DNA of 64,000 nt from an uncultured Gemmatimonadales bacterium (GTDB taxonomy: Bacteria; Gemmatimonadota; Gemmatimonadetes; Gemmatimonadales; Gemmatimonadaceae), in contig OY969695.1 in the NCBI GenBank assembly GCA_963701965.1, positions 1,088,001 through 1,152,000 on the forward strand. The letters are read 5' to 3'. The position numbers and the translations under genes are program-made. Position 1 is the stretch's first letter. Each line of letters starts with the position of its first letter. Below the pieces are notes generated by a model. It saw nothing but the letters and a program-made list of their open reading frames with translations, did not search any database and was not told the origin of the DNA. Positions 19,016 through 28,743 of the stretch are shown in pieces.

Positions 19016-19055
19016 GCGCAAGGCTCAGCGCAAGTCTCAGCGCAAGTCTCAGCGC
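19016..19055. repeat. 12-bp tandem repeat, 3.3 copies
   Basis: GCGCAAGGCTCA GCGCAAGTCTCA GCGCAAGTCTCA GCGC. Confidence 0.9.
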
Positions 19056-20671
19056 CGAGGCAACCGGCGGCGCGCCGCCGGTCGCCGCCGCGCCGGGAGG
19101 GTCAGCGCGGCAATGATCGCGGCGGCCAATGCGAGGCCGGCCGTGATCAGAACGCCAAGCCGAAACGCCGAGACATAGGAGACGGCAACCGCGTGATCGA
19201 TCGCGTCGCGCGTCTTCTGATCGACACCGGCGGGAGGGGCGATCGCCGTCAGCTGCAGGGCCTGGCGCTGCACGGCCTGACGGACATCTGGCGTCAGACC
19301 AATGCCGGCCAGGGCATCGGTCAGCCGCAGCGCGAACCCGCGGGCCACGACGAGCCCGAGCACGGCGACGCCGAACAAGTTCGCCGCCCGGGCGATCGCG
19401 TTGTTGACGCCGGACGCGACGCCCTCGAACTCGTCGTCGACGGACGACAGAACGGCGGTGGTCAGCGGGGTCACCAGCAGTCCTATACCCAGGCCCAGGA
19501 TGACGACGCCGGGGAAGAATGTCTCCCAATACCGACCGCCGACGCCGGGGATGGCGAGCGCCGCCAGCCCGGCGGCCATGAGCAGCGAGCCCAGGGCCAG
19601 CGGCAACCGCAGGCCAACGCGGTTGGCGAGACCGGCAGACGCGCGCGAGAACGCGCCAACAAGCGCGACCATGGGCAGCAGGGCGGCGCCGGCCTCCGCC
19701 GCCGAGTAGTGGTGCACCTGGATCAGGTCGTAGGGCAGGAAAAAGAGCGCGGCCGCCATCGCGGCGTACAGCAGGAGGGTGAGGAGATTGGAGATCGCGA
19801 AGGCGCGATTCCGGAACAGAATGAGCGGCATGAGTGGCCGGGCGACGCGATCCTCGACCGCCACGAACGCGACGAGGAGCGCGAACCCGGCGATGAGCGG
19901 CAGGAGCACTACGGCGCTGACCAGTCCCGAGCGGGATGACTGCACGAGGCCAAACGTCAGTCCGCTCATCGCCAACGTGATGACCATCGCGCCAATGAAG
20001 TCAATCGGCGTGTTGCGCATGGGCGTCCCGGAGCGTTGCGGCTGACGAAGCGCTGGCACTTGGTACCACAGAATGGCGAGGACGGCGACGGCAATGGGGA
20101 TATTCAGCAGAAATACCCAGCGCCAGGAGGCGTGTTGGGCCAGCCATCCGCCGAGGACCGGGCCACCCGCCGAGACCACGGTGGTCGCCGCCGACCACGT
20201 GCCAATGGCCCGGCCCCGGTCGCCCGGCGTAAACGCGCTGCCGAGCATGGCCAGGCTCTCGGGAATGAGCATCGCCGCGCCCACGCCCTGCACCGCCCGA
20301 CTGCCGATCAGCCAACCGATGCTCGGCGAGAGGGCGCAGGCGGCCGAGGCGGCCCCGAACACAATGACGCCGGCGGCGTACACCCGTTCGCGGCCGACGT
20401 GGTCGCCGATGGCGCCGCCGACCAGAATCAGCGAACTCAGGAAGACGAGATACGCCTCGACGACCCACTGGGCGCCCACGATCGTGCTGTGGAGCTCCGA
20501 CTGGATGATCGGGAGGGCGACGTTGACGGCGGAGCCGTCAATGAACGCCATACTGGAACCGAGGATCGTCGCCGCCAGGATCCAGGCCGCGCCACCCGGG
20601 CGTGCCGGCGCGCGAGTGCCCGAGAGGCGCGCCACGGCTTCATCACACGGGGCCCTTCCAATCACTGCCAT
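19049..20671 (-). CDS. MFS transporter, DHA2 (14-TM) type
   Basis: FIDGSAVNVALP, GAIGDHVGR, WRWVFLLNIP. Confidence 0.92.
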   Translation of the reverse strand: MAVIGRAPCDEAVARLSGTRAPARPGGAAWILAATILGSSMAFIDGSAVNVALPIIQSELHSTIVGAQWVVEAYLVFLSSLILVGGAIGDHVGRERVYAAGVIVFGAASAACALSPSIGWLIGSRAVQGVGAAMLIPESLAMLGSAFTPGDRGRAIGTWSAATTVVSAGGPVLGGWLAQHASWRWVFLLNIPIAVAVLAILWYQVPALRQPQRSGTPMRNTPIDFIGAMVITLAMSGLTFGLVQSSRSGLVSAVVLLPLIAGFALLVAFVAVEDRVARPLMPLILFRNRAFAISNLLTLLLYAAMAAALFFLPYDLIQVHHYSAAEAGAALLPMVALVGAFSRASAGLANRVGLRLPLALGSLLMAAGLAALAIPGVGGRYWETFFPGVVILGLGIGLLVTPLTTAVLSSVDDEFEGVASGVNNAIARAANLFGVAVLGLVVARGFALRLTDALAGIGLTPDVRQAVQRQALQLTAIAPPAGVDQKTRDAIDHAVAVSYVSAFRLGVLITAGLALAAAIIAALTLPARRRPAARRRLPRR

Positions 20672-20694
20672 GCGAGAAGATTGGCATGGCTGCG

Positions 20695-22731
20695 CTAGTG
20701 AATGCCACGCGGGATCGCTTCCGCCCACGTCCTCGTGCGGATGACCCGGCCGTTCTCGGCGATCTCCCGCGTGACCCGGACGTGAAAGACCGCGCGGTCG
20801 GAGTGCATATCGATCACCGTGTGCAGCCGGACCGTGCGGCCGCCGCGAAGGCGAATGACGTGGGTCTCGTCGCCCAGGAACCGCGTATCGGCGGGGTCAT
20901 CATCGCGCGTCTCGTAGTGCTCCTTTTCCACATCGTCGATGGTCCGTGGGCCGATGGCGTACGCGAACCGTGTCAGGAAATCGACGGCCGTCGTCTTGGC
21001 CCCCACGTTCCGGGTGATCACGGCGCCCGGGTAGCCGGTATCGTGGATCGTGCGCGCGTCCGGCGCGTGCTCGCGCCCTCCGAGCGGCGCGAAACCCGGT
21101 GCCGGCGCACCGGGCACCGGCGCCACAATGGGGAGAACGACGGCGGATCGCGGGTCACCCGTCACCAGCCGCATGGTCATCGGCCCGGGAGTCGGCCAGG
21201 CCATCGGAAACTGCGAGTTGCTCACGGCGACCCGGGCCCGGTGTCCCGGCTCAAAGGTCCACGTCGTGAAGTGCAACCCGGTGACCAGGTCGAGCATCGT
21301 GTCGCGGGGAAGTGGCGCCGGGTCGAGTCGAGAAGCGCGCTGGGCGCCGCTCGAGAGCGCGCCAGTAATGAGCGCGACCCGGCCGTCGGGCGCTACATCC
21401 TCGAGGCGTATCGCCCAGTCGGCGATCGACGCGTCGACGCTGGCCCGCAGCGAGACGCGGGGGAATCCGATAATCTCGGCCGGGGCGGAGAACGGAGCGG
21501 TATCGTACGTGAGGCTCGCGCCGTCATCGGCGCTCAAGTCTCCGGTCGCATCATTCCACCACACCGGCACCGCGGTCCCGACACCGCCCACGTAGCGGAG
21601 CGCGTCCTGCCCCGCTGTTGGCGGACGATCCACGAGTTGATGGTCGCCGGCGAGATACCACGTCCGCCACTGCGTGCGGGCGATGGGCCAGGCCTCGCCG
21701 CGCCACGCGCCGGGGGTCGTCGTGCGATTCACATCGGGGGCCGACGAATCGCGCACGAACACGGTGAGGCGCGGCCCATCGGTGGCACCGTTGTCGACGC
21801 CTTTGAGCCAGTGATCCCACCATCGCGCCGCTTCCTCGCGCCACTCGACCGGGGGACCAGGCACGGCATCGTCGGGAAAGGTGTGATTCCACGGCCCCAC
21901 CAGGGCCTTGATCGGCGCCCGGACGCTATCCAGCATCCGCGGGACCGCATCGCGATAGCCATCGAGCAGCCCGCCGATGAGGAAGCACGGGATGGTAATG
22001 GCGTCATAGTGGAACCGGAGCGAGTTCCACCGCCACCATGGACCATCCACGTCGTGGTGCAGATACGTCAAGAGCCACGGATACGTGTCGAACCGGTTCG
22101 CGAAATAGGCCGAGTCGACCGGGTAGTCCGGCGGCGCCGGGAGGCCGTTTTCGTGATCGATCTGCAACGCGTACTGGTCGACGTGCAGCACGCCGTCGAT
22201 CTGGTGGACGTCGTCATGAAAGAGATCGTCGGTCGCATCCGCGGCGAGGATCGCTTTGAGCGCTGGCGGGCGCCGCATCGCGATCTGGATGGCGTTGAAG
22301 CCGCCCCACGAGATGCCCCACATCCCGACCGCGCCGTTGGACCCCGGGAGCGCGGCGAGATCCGCGATAATCGCGTCCGCGTCGCGCCCTTCCTGCTCCG
22401 AGTACTCCCGATCGGGTAGGTGCCCGTCGGACGAGCCCGTGCCGCGGATGTCGACCTTGGCCATGATGTATCCGCGTCGCACGAACCAGCTATACAGCGG
22501 ATAGTCGCGCTGGTAGAACGAGTCTTCCTTTCGATACGGCAGATATTCGAGGAGCACCGGGAACCGCTCGCCGCTCGTGCGCGGCGTCGGCCGCCAGTAC
22601 GTGACGGCGAGCCGCACGCCGTCGGGCATTCGCAACCATCCCCTTTCGATCGTGAACTGATAGGCACCGGGCGGCGTGCCGATCGACAGGGCCGCCGCGG
22701 ACGCGATGGCGTACGTCGCCCAGGGCAGCAA
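20695..22731 (-). CDS. CocE/NonD-family (S15) hydrolase
   Basis: YLPYRK, DIRGTGSSDG, GISWGG, GPWNH. TTG start. Confidence 0.9.
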   Translation of the reverse strand: MLPWATYAIASAAALSIGTPPGAYQFTIERGWLRMPDGVRLAVTYWRPTPRTSGERFPVLLEYLPYRKEDSFYQRDYPLYSWFVRRGYIMAKVDIRGTGSSDGHLPDREYSEQEGRDADAIIADLAALPGSNGAVGMWGISWGGFNAIQIAMRRPPALKAILAADATDDLFHDDVHQIDGVLHVDQYALQIDHENGLPAPPDYPVDSAYFANRFDTYPWLLTYLHHDVDGPWWRWNSLRFHYDAITIPCFLIGGLLDGYRDAVPRMLDSVRAPIKALVGPWNHTFPDDAVPGPPVEWREEAARWWDHWLKGVDNGATDGPRLTVFVRDSSAPDVNRTTTPGAWRGEAWPIARTQWRTWYLAGDHQLVDRPPTAGQDALRYVGGVGTAVPVWWNDATGDLSADDGASLTYDTAPFSAPAEIIGFPRVSLRASVDASIADWAIRLEDVAPDGRVALITGALSSGAQRASRLDPAPLPRDTMLDLVTGLHFTTWTFEPGHRARVAVSNSQFPMAWPTPGPMTMRLVTGDPRSAVVLPIVAPVPGAPAPGFAPLGGREHAPDARTIHDTGYPGAVITRNVGAKTTAVDFLTRFAYAIGPRTIDDVEKEHYETRDDDPADTRFLGDETHVIRLRGGRTVRLHTVIDMHSDRAVFHVRVTREIAENGRVIRTRTWAEAIPRGIH

Positions 22732-22733
22732 GC

Positions 22734-24326
22734 CTAGTGCGCGTCAGCGGCGGGGGCACCGCCCGACTTCGGACGGCGGAGCAACAGGATCGCGGGAGAG
22801 GCGACGACGAAAACGAGGAGAATGAGCAACCACGCGTCGTTGTACGCCATCATCGACGCCTGGCGCGACACGATCTGATCCAGCGCACCCACGGCCGCGT
22901 GTTGCGCCGCGTCGGGCGAGAATCCGTGGGCGACGAGGTTCGCCGCCAGCGCGGTCGTGCGCTGCGCCACCTGGGGATTGGCCGCGGTAACGTAGGACAC
23001 GAGGTTGACGCGGTGATACTGGGTCTGATCCTGCACGTACGTGCTGAGGATGGCGATGCCGAACGAGCCGCCCAGCTGACGCGCCAGGTTGATCAAGCCC
23101 GCCGACTGCTGGGCGTCCTTTGGATCAATGCCACCGAACGCGACGTTGTTGATGGGCGTGAACAGGAAGCCGAGCCCGAGTCCGCGGACGAACAGCGCGG
23201 CCCGGGCCTGCGGCTCGCCGGCGGCCGTTGTGAGATGCCCCAGCTGCCACATGGCGACACCGAAGATCACGACCCCGAGCACGATCAGGTAGCGGCCATC
23301 GACCTTGTTGCCGCTCAGCAACCGTCCGCAGATCACCGCCGATAGGGCCGTGGCCAGCCCACCCGGTAACAGGGCCAATCCCGTGGCGGTCGGGGAGAAC
23401 CCCAAAATCGATTGCGTGAACAGCGGGAAGATGAACACGCCGCCGTACAGGCCGAACCCGAGCGCCACGAACAGGAAGATCGAACCCGAGAGCTGGCGGT
23501 TGCGCAGCACGTGGAAATCAATGATCGGGTGCTTGTTGCGCCGTGAGAGCTCCCACCACACCATGGTCGAGAGACAGATCGCCGCCAGCATGCTCAGGCG
23601 CTGGATCCATGGGTCCTGGAACCAATCGTAGCGGCGCCCCTCCTCCAACACATACTGGAGCGACGCCAAGCCTGCGGTGAGGAGCCCGATACCGAGCCAG
23701 TCGACGCTCTCCACCTTGCGGCGCATGCCGGGCGGATCTTGGAGAAATGTGCCGACGAGGAACATCGACAGCGCCGCGATCGGGATGTTGATGAAGAAGA
23801 TCCAGTTCCAATTGTAGTTGTCGGTGATCCACCCGCCGAGCGTTGGCCCCAGCGTAGGCGCCACGATCAAACCGACGATGAACAGGGCTTGGACCATAGC
23901 CTGTTGCGCCGGCGGAAAGACCTGACGCAGGGTGGCTTGCGCGGTCGACAGCAACGCCGCCCCGCCCGCGCCCTGCACGACGCGCCACAACACCAACTCG
24001 CCGAGCGTGTGCGACGTCCCGCACAAAAAGGACGCCACCGCGAAGAGGAGGATCGAGCCGGTGAGATAGTTACGGCGCCCGAACAACCCCGTGAAAAAGG
24101 CCGTCATCGGCAGGACGACGACGTTGGACAGAATGTAGCCGGTCGCGACCCAGCCGATCTCGTCAGTCGTGGCGCCCAGATTCCCGGCCATCTGCGGCAA
24201 GGCCACGTTGACGATCGTGGTGTCGAGCACCTCCATGATCGCCGCGGTGATGAGGCCGAGGAGGATGAGCCACTTGTAATTGCTGCTGATGTCGCTGTGC
24301 TCGATCGGACGGGCTACTGTCGCCAT
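22734..24326 (-). CDS. DHA2 EmrB/QacA-family MFS efflux permease
   Basis: LDTTIVNVALP, GPTLGGWITDNYNWNWIFFINIP. Confidence 0.93.
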   Translation of the reverse strand: MATVARPIEHSDISSNYKWLILLGLITAAIMEVLDTTIVNVALPQMAGNLGATTDEIGWVATGYILSNVVVLPMTAFFTGLFGRRNYLTGSILLFAVASFLCGTSHTLGELVLWRVVQGAGGAALLSTAQATLRQVFPPAQQAMVQALFIVGLIVAPTLGPTLGGWITDNYNWNWIFFINIPIAALSMFLVGTFLQDPPGMRRKVESVDWLGIGLLTAGLASLQYVLEEGRRYDWFQDPWIQRLSMLAAICLSTMVWWELSRRNKHPIIDFHVLRNRQLSGSIFLFVALGFGLYGGVFIFPLFTQSILGFSPTATGLALLPGGLATALSAVICGRLLSGNKVDGRYLIVLGVVIFGVAMWQLGHLTTAAGEPQARAALFVRGLGLGFLFTPINNVAFGGIDPKDAQQSAGLINLARQLGGSFGIAILSTYVQDQTQYHRVNLVSYVTAANPQVAQRTTALAANLVAHGFSPDAAQHAAVGALDQIVSRQASMMAYNDAWLLILLVFVVASPAILLLRRPKSGGAPAADAH

Positions 24327-24364
24327 GCTCTAGCAAGCCGCGAATCGGGCCATTCGGTTCCCGT

Positions 24365-25237
24365 TCACCCAAACGCGTGTCGCAACTGCTCGTGGAGCAG
24401 CGGATGGACGCGCCACAGGTAGAGCCCCATGCCGATGGAGGCGATGAGATTGCCGATCATCACTTGATACCACGCCAGGTTGCCGAGCGGCGTGGCTTGA
24501 TCGAGGACGGCGACGGCCCCATAAAATCCCACTTCGACGGCGGCGAACAGGATCACGAATCCAATGAGGACCGACGGTTCGCGCCGCGCCCAGCCCACCA
24601 TGACGGCGGCCAGGACGCCCACGGCCATGAACGCGAGGTAGTGCAGGATCGTGTACACGAGGATCACGAGCACGGTGGACGATGCCCAATCCGGGGTCGG
24701 ACGCAGCAGCGTCAGCACACCGTGCCCGAGGAGCGCCGGGGTGTAGAGCGGTTGCCCGCGGACCAGATCGACCACGAAGAACCACGCGGCGACGCACGTG
24801 GCGCCGATCGTTCCCGCGATCACGCCATCCCGCAGGACGGGATGCGGCGCGTTCGCGATCGAGCGGTACATCGCCCGCACACCCGCCGAATTCCGCCGCT
24901 CGGCGAGAAAGAGCAGCAGCACGCCGAGCACGATCGGCACGAAGACGCCAGGCTCGCCACTCAACTGCTGCGCGATCGCCGCCGGCACCATCAGCATCGC
25001 CAATGCCAGCGCGGCGTACGCCGATAACCGCGGGATCAGAAGACCGACGGCGAGCGTGACCTCGCACACGCCGACGACGATCCGGATCCAATCCGGGAAC
25101 CCGCGCATCGCCGCCGCCTGGAGCCAGAAACCCTCCAGCCCGAGGATCTTCTGGAAGCCAATGATCAGGAAGAGACCGGCGACGACGATGTCGAGCACCC
25201 ACACGATGACGGCGTTCAGCGATCGCGTGCTGTCCAT
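24365..25237 (-). CDS. DoxX-family membrane protein fused to a second uncharacterised membrane domain
   Basis: N-domain GFQK...VGVCE...GLLIPR (DoxX-like). C-domain has about 4 TM segments with a YTILH motif. Confidence 0.7.
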   Translation of the reverse strand: MDSTRSLNAVIVWVLDIVVAGLFLIIGFQKILGLEGFWLQAAAMRGFPDWIRIVVGVCEVTLAVGLLIPRLSAYAALALAMLMVPAAIAQQLSGEPGVFVPIVLGVLLLFLAERRNSAGVRAMYRSIANAPHPVLRDGVIAGTIGATCVAAWFFVVDLVRGQPLYTPALLGHGVLTLLRPTPDWASSTVLVILVYTILHYLAFMAVGVLAAVMVGWARREPSVLIGFVILFAAVEVGFYGAVAVLDQATPLGNLAWYQVMIGNLIASIGMGLYLWRVHPLLHEQLRHAFG

Positions 25238-25285
25238 GCGCGACTCCCGAAAGGTCTTCCTTACCTTAGCAGGAGTCGCGCCGCG

Positions 25286-27383
25286 TCACCAGAATGTGCG
25301 GGACCAAGTTCGGCGCTCGGACCATTGGATCGCCCGGCTTACACCCGAACGCCGCGGCGAACGCCGCCGAGTTCGAGATTGGCCCGTTGACCCGCCACTC
25401 GTCCGGCGAATGCTGATCCGTGGTCACCCTACTCCGCAGCGCCTCCGGGCGCCAATCGCCGCGGAACGTCTGCGCGAACCCGAGGAAGTACCGCTGCTCC
25501 GGCGTGTATCCGTCGATCAACCCGGGGCGCCCGTGCTCTTGGAGCGCGTGCTCCAGCGCGTCGTACCCCGTCAGCAACCCGCCGTAGTCGGCAATGTTCT
25601 CCCCCAAGGTGAGTTTGCCGTTCACGTGCAAGGTGTCGACCTGGATGTATCTGTCATATTGCTTGGTGACGAGGTCGGCTTGGGATTGGAACCGCGAGGC
25701 GTCGGTCGCCGTCCACCAATCGCTGAGGTTGCCTGCCGCGTCGAAGTGCCGGCCTTGGTCATCGAAACCGTGCGTCAGCTCGTGGCCCGCCCAGCTGCCG
25801 GCCAACGCGCCGTAGTTGGCGCCGTCGTCGGCCTTGGGATCGAAGGTTTGCGGGACGAGCGCGCCCGCGGGAAACACCATCTCGTTCTTCGTCACATCAT
25901 AGTAGGCGTCGACGGTCGGCGCCGTCATGCCCCATTCCGTGGTGTCGACCGGCATCCCCGGACGCCGCACGACGCGTTGCCACTCGAAGACGTTGGAGCG
26001 GAACACGTTGAGCACGAACGGCCCTTCGGCGACGTCGAGCCGCGAGAAGTCGCGCCAATGATCGGGGTAGCCCACTTTCTCGTGCATGCGCTCGAGCTTG
26101 TCGATCGCCCGCGCCCGCGTCGAATCGGACATCCACGTGAGATGCGCCAACCGCTCACGGAACGCGCGACGGACGTCATCGATCACGGCGCGCGCTTTCG
26201 CCTTGGCCTCGGCGGAGAATGCCTTCTCCACGTAGGCTTGACCCAACGCCTCTCCAATGTCGTTATCGGTCTCCCGCAGGCAGCGCTTCCATCGCGGTAA
26301 CAGCTTCTTGGCGCCCGAGAACAAGGACCGATACGTGAAATCCTCGTTCACGAAGGGCGTGCTGAGCCACTGCGCGCCTTCGGCGACCATGTGGTATCGC
26401 AGATAGGCGCGCCACGTCGACAGTGGAGTCGCCAGCACCAGCGCGCTGGCTTCTTGAAAAAAACCAGGCTGGCCGACATTCAGGCGGGTGGGCACGGGGG
26501 TCAGCCCGACAGTCCGGAAATAGCTGGTCCAATCGACGCTCGGCGCCATGGTGTGGAGCTTCGCCATCGACGTGGAGTGATCGATGACGTTCGGGTCGCG
26601 CATCGCCACCCGCGTCATCGACGCCTTGGCCAGCGCCGTCTCCATCGTCATGATGTGCTTGGCATCCTCAGCCGCGGCCGCGGGCGTCTCACCCGACAGG
26701 ACCAGGGTTCGGGTCACGTGCGCGACGTACGCCCGGCGCAGCGAGTCCGCGTCACGCCCCGTCTTCGTATAGTAGTCGCGATCCGGCATGCCGAGCCCGC
26801 CCTGCCACAGCCACGCCATGTAGTGGTCGGCATCATGGGGATCGGCGCGCGGAAAGTAGCGGAAGAGCGCCGACCCCCCGATCTCCTGTACCGCGGCGAG
26901 ACGCACCAGGAGGCCGGCCGGCGTCCGCACGGCGTCGATGCTGTCCAGCGCCGGCTCGAGGGGCGCGAGACCCGAAGCCTCGGCGGCCGACGAGTCCATG
27001 CACGTCGCGTAGAACGTCCCCAGCTTGCGTTGGGTGCTGCCAGCCGGTGCGCTGGCGCGATCGCGCATCGCGTCATCCAGCACCGAGCGAACCGTGAGCT
27101 CGTTGAGATCGTTCATCTCGCGATCGACGCCCATCTCCGAGTACTCGGGCGGGATCGTATCGCGCTTGAGCCACGCGCCGGTCGAGTACTGAAAGAAGTC
27201 CGTGCACGCCTTGACGGTCGTATCCACGAATGATGGATCGACGACGCGCAGCGGCGCCGGCACCGGCAGGTCCTGCGCGGCCGCGCTGGGGAGTGGGAGC
27301 CCGGCGAGGGTCGCCAACAACCAGGCGGGACGCCATGACCAACGATGAATCACTGTCGAGGCTCCAATAAGAGGTCGGGTCAT
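25286..27383 (-). CDS. M13 (neprilysin/PepO) metallopeptidase, with a +1 frameshift just before the stop
   Basis: ACTDFFQY, HELTH, GENIADYGG. Removing one base at 25293/94 restores the family ending ...PHIW-stop. Confidence 0.92.
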
Positions 27384-27489
27384 CCTACGCTACGCCCCGA
27401 CCCCCCGCAATGTCTGTTTACACCAATCTGACAATTGCGGCGCACGATTTGAGGCGCGGCCGCGGCGCGTTCGGGGCCACTCTTCCGCC

Positions 27490-28596
27490 ATGACTTCTTA
27501 CGTCCACGCGCCGGGCGCGTATGTCGACGTGCGAGGGACCCGCCTGTGGGTCGAAAGCGAGGGCACCGGTGAACCGCTGCTTCTCCTTCCGGGCGGCCCC
27601 GCCAGTTCCCATCTCACGTTTCATCCCTGGTTTTCGTCCCTGGCCACGCACTATCGGCTCCTCTATCTGGACTACCGCGGGCGCGGAAGATCGGAATGGT
27701 CCGGTCCTCGCGAAGCCATCACGTTCGCTGGCGACGTCGAGGACATCGAGGCGCTGCGCATCGCGCTCGGACTGGAGCGATTCAGTCTCTACGGGTTCTC
27801 CTACGGAGGCATGGTGGCCGCGGCCTACGCCCTCGCCTATCCAGAGCGGGTCCGGCGCCTGATCCTCGCCAACACCGTGCATAGCCCCGAGATGTGGCAA
27901 CGGAATCACGAGAACATCAACCGGGAGATCGCCAACCAATATCCCGAGGTGTGGGCGGAGATTTTATCCCTCCGCGCCGTGGGGGTGCGGTCGACGGATC
28001 CGCGCGTGCAGGCCCTGTACGCGGTGCATGGACCGTTGGTGCGATTTTACAACCCGGACAATGCCGCGAAGCTCCTGAACGAACCCGGCGCCCGCAATGC
28101 CGCGCTGTATCCGGTGTTCGTCGGCGACGACGTCGAGTTCTTCATCGGCGGCGAGGTGGCCCGCTTGCCCGACCTGCGTCCCCGCCTCGCCGAATTGCGG
28201 ATGCCGACGTTGATCCTGGCGGGACGATTCGATCGGGCGCTCTATCCCGCCCTGCAGGCCGAGTTCCAGCGATACGCCCCGCAGGCGCGGTTCGTGTGGA
28301 TGGAACGGAGCGGTACGTTCGCCCACATCGAGGAACCGGATGCGGTCATGGCGCTGCTACGCGAGTTCCTCGCCCACCCGACGATCCACGAGGCCGCGCA
28401 GGATCCGCTCCAGCTCCCCGATGTCGAAAGGCTTGATGAGCACCGGACACGCCGTCTCGGCCAACACGGCGCTGACGCCCTCGCTGATGTCACCGGTGAG
28501 GAACACCGTGGCCGTGCGGAGATGCGGTTGCAGCGCGACGGCACCGGCGAACAACACATCGCCACGGAGGTCGGGAATGCGGTAGTCCGCGAGTAA
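27490..28596 (+). CDS. Alpha/beta hydrolase, proline iminopeptidase-like
   Basis: GGPASSH, DYRGRGRS, GFSYGG, FAHIEEP. The last ~75 codons are antisense to a response regulator. Confidence 0.85.
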   Translation: MTSYVHAPGAYVDVRGTRLWVESEGTGEPLLLLPGGPASSHLTFHPWFSSLATHYRLLYLDYRGRGRSEWSGPREAITFAGDVEDIEALRIALGLERFSLYGFSYGGMVAAAYALAYPERVRRLILANTVHSPEMWQRNHENINREIANQYPEVWAEILSLRAVGVRSTDPRVQALYAVHGPLVRFYNPDNAAKLLNEPGARNAALYPVFVGDDVEFFIGGEVARLPDLRPRLAELRMPTLILAGRFDRALYPALQAEFQRYAPQARFVWMERSGTFAHIEEPDAVMALLREFLAHPTIHEAAQDPLQLPDVERLDEHRTRRLGQHGADALADVTGEEHRGRAEMRLQRDGTGEQHIATEVGNAVVRE

Positions 28597-28743
28597 GACG
28601 TCAATGTGGCGCTCCGACAACGTGCGACGCGCCGCGGCCCCGCTCAGCGCGGTCACGACATCGAATCCCCGACGGGTCAGCAGCGCGGCCAGACCCTGCA
28701 CGATCACGGGTTCGTCGTCGACGATGAGGAGCGTCGGCCTCAT
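28357..28743 (-). CDS. Single-domain response regulator
   Basis: LLIVDDEP, LADYRIP, FLTG, KPF. ATGA overlap with the upstream gene. Confidence 0.88.
   Translation of the reverse strand: MRPTLLIVDDEPVIVQGLAALLTRRGFDVVTALSGAAARRTLSERHIDVLLADYRIPDLRGDVLFAGAVALQPHLRTATVFLTGDISEGVSAVLAETACPVLIKPFDIGELERILRGLVDRRVGEELA

Noticed and set aside
19016..19055. Possible CRISPR-like repeat
   Set aside because: The units are 12 bp with no spacers, and no cas genes are present.
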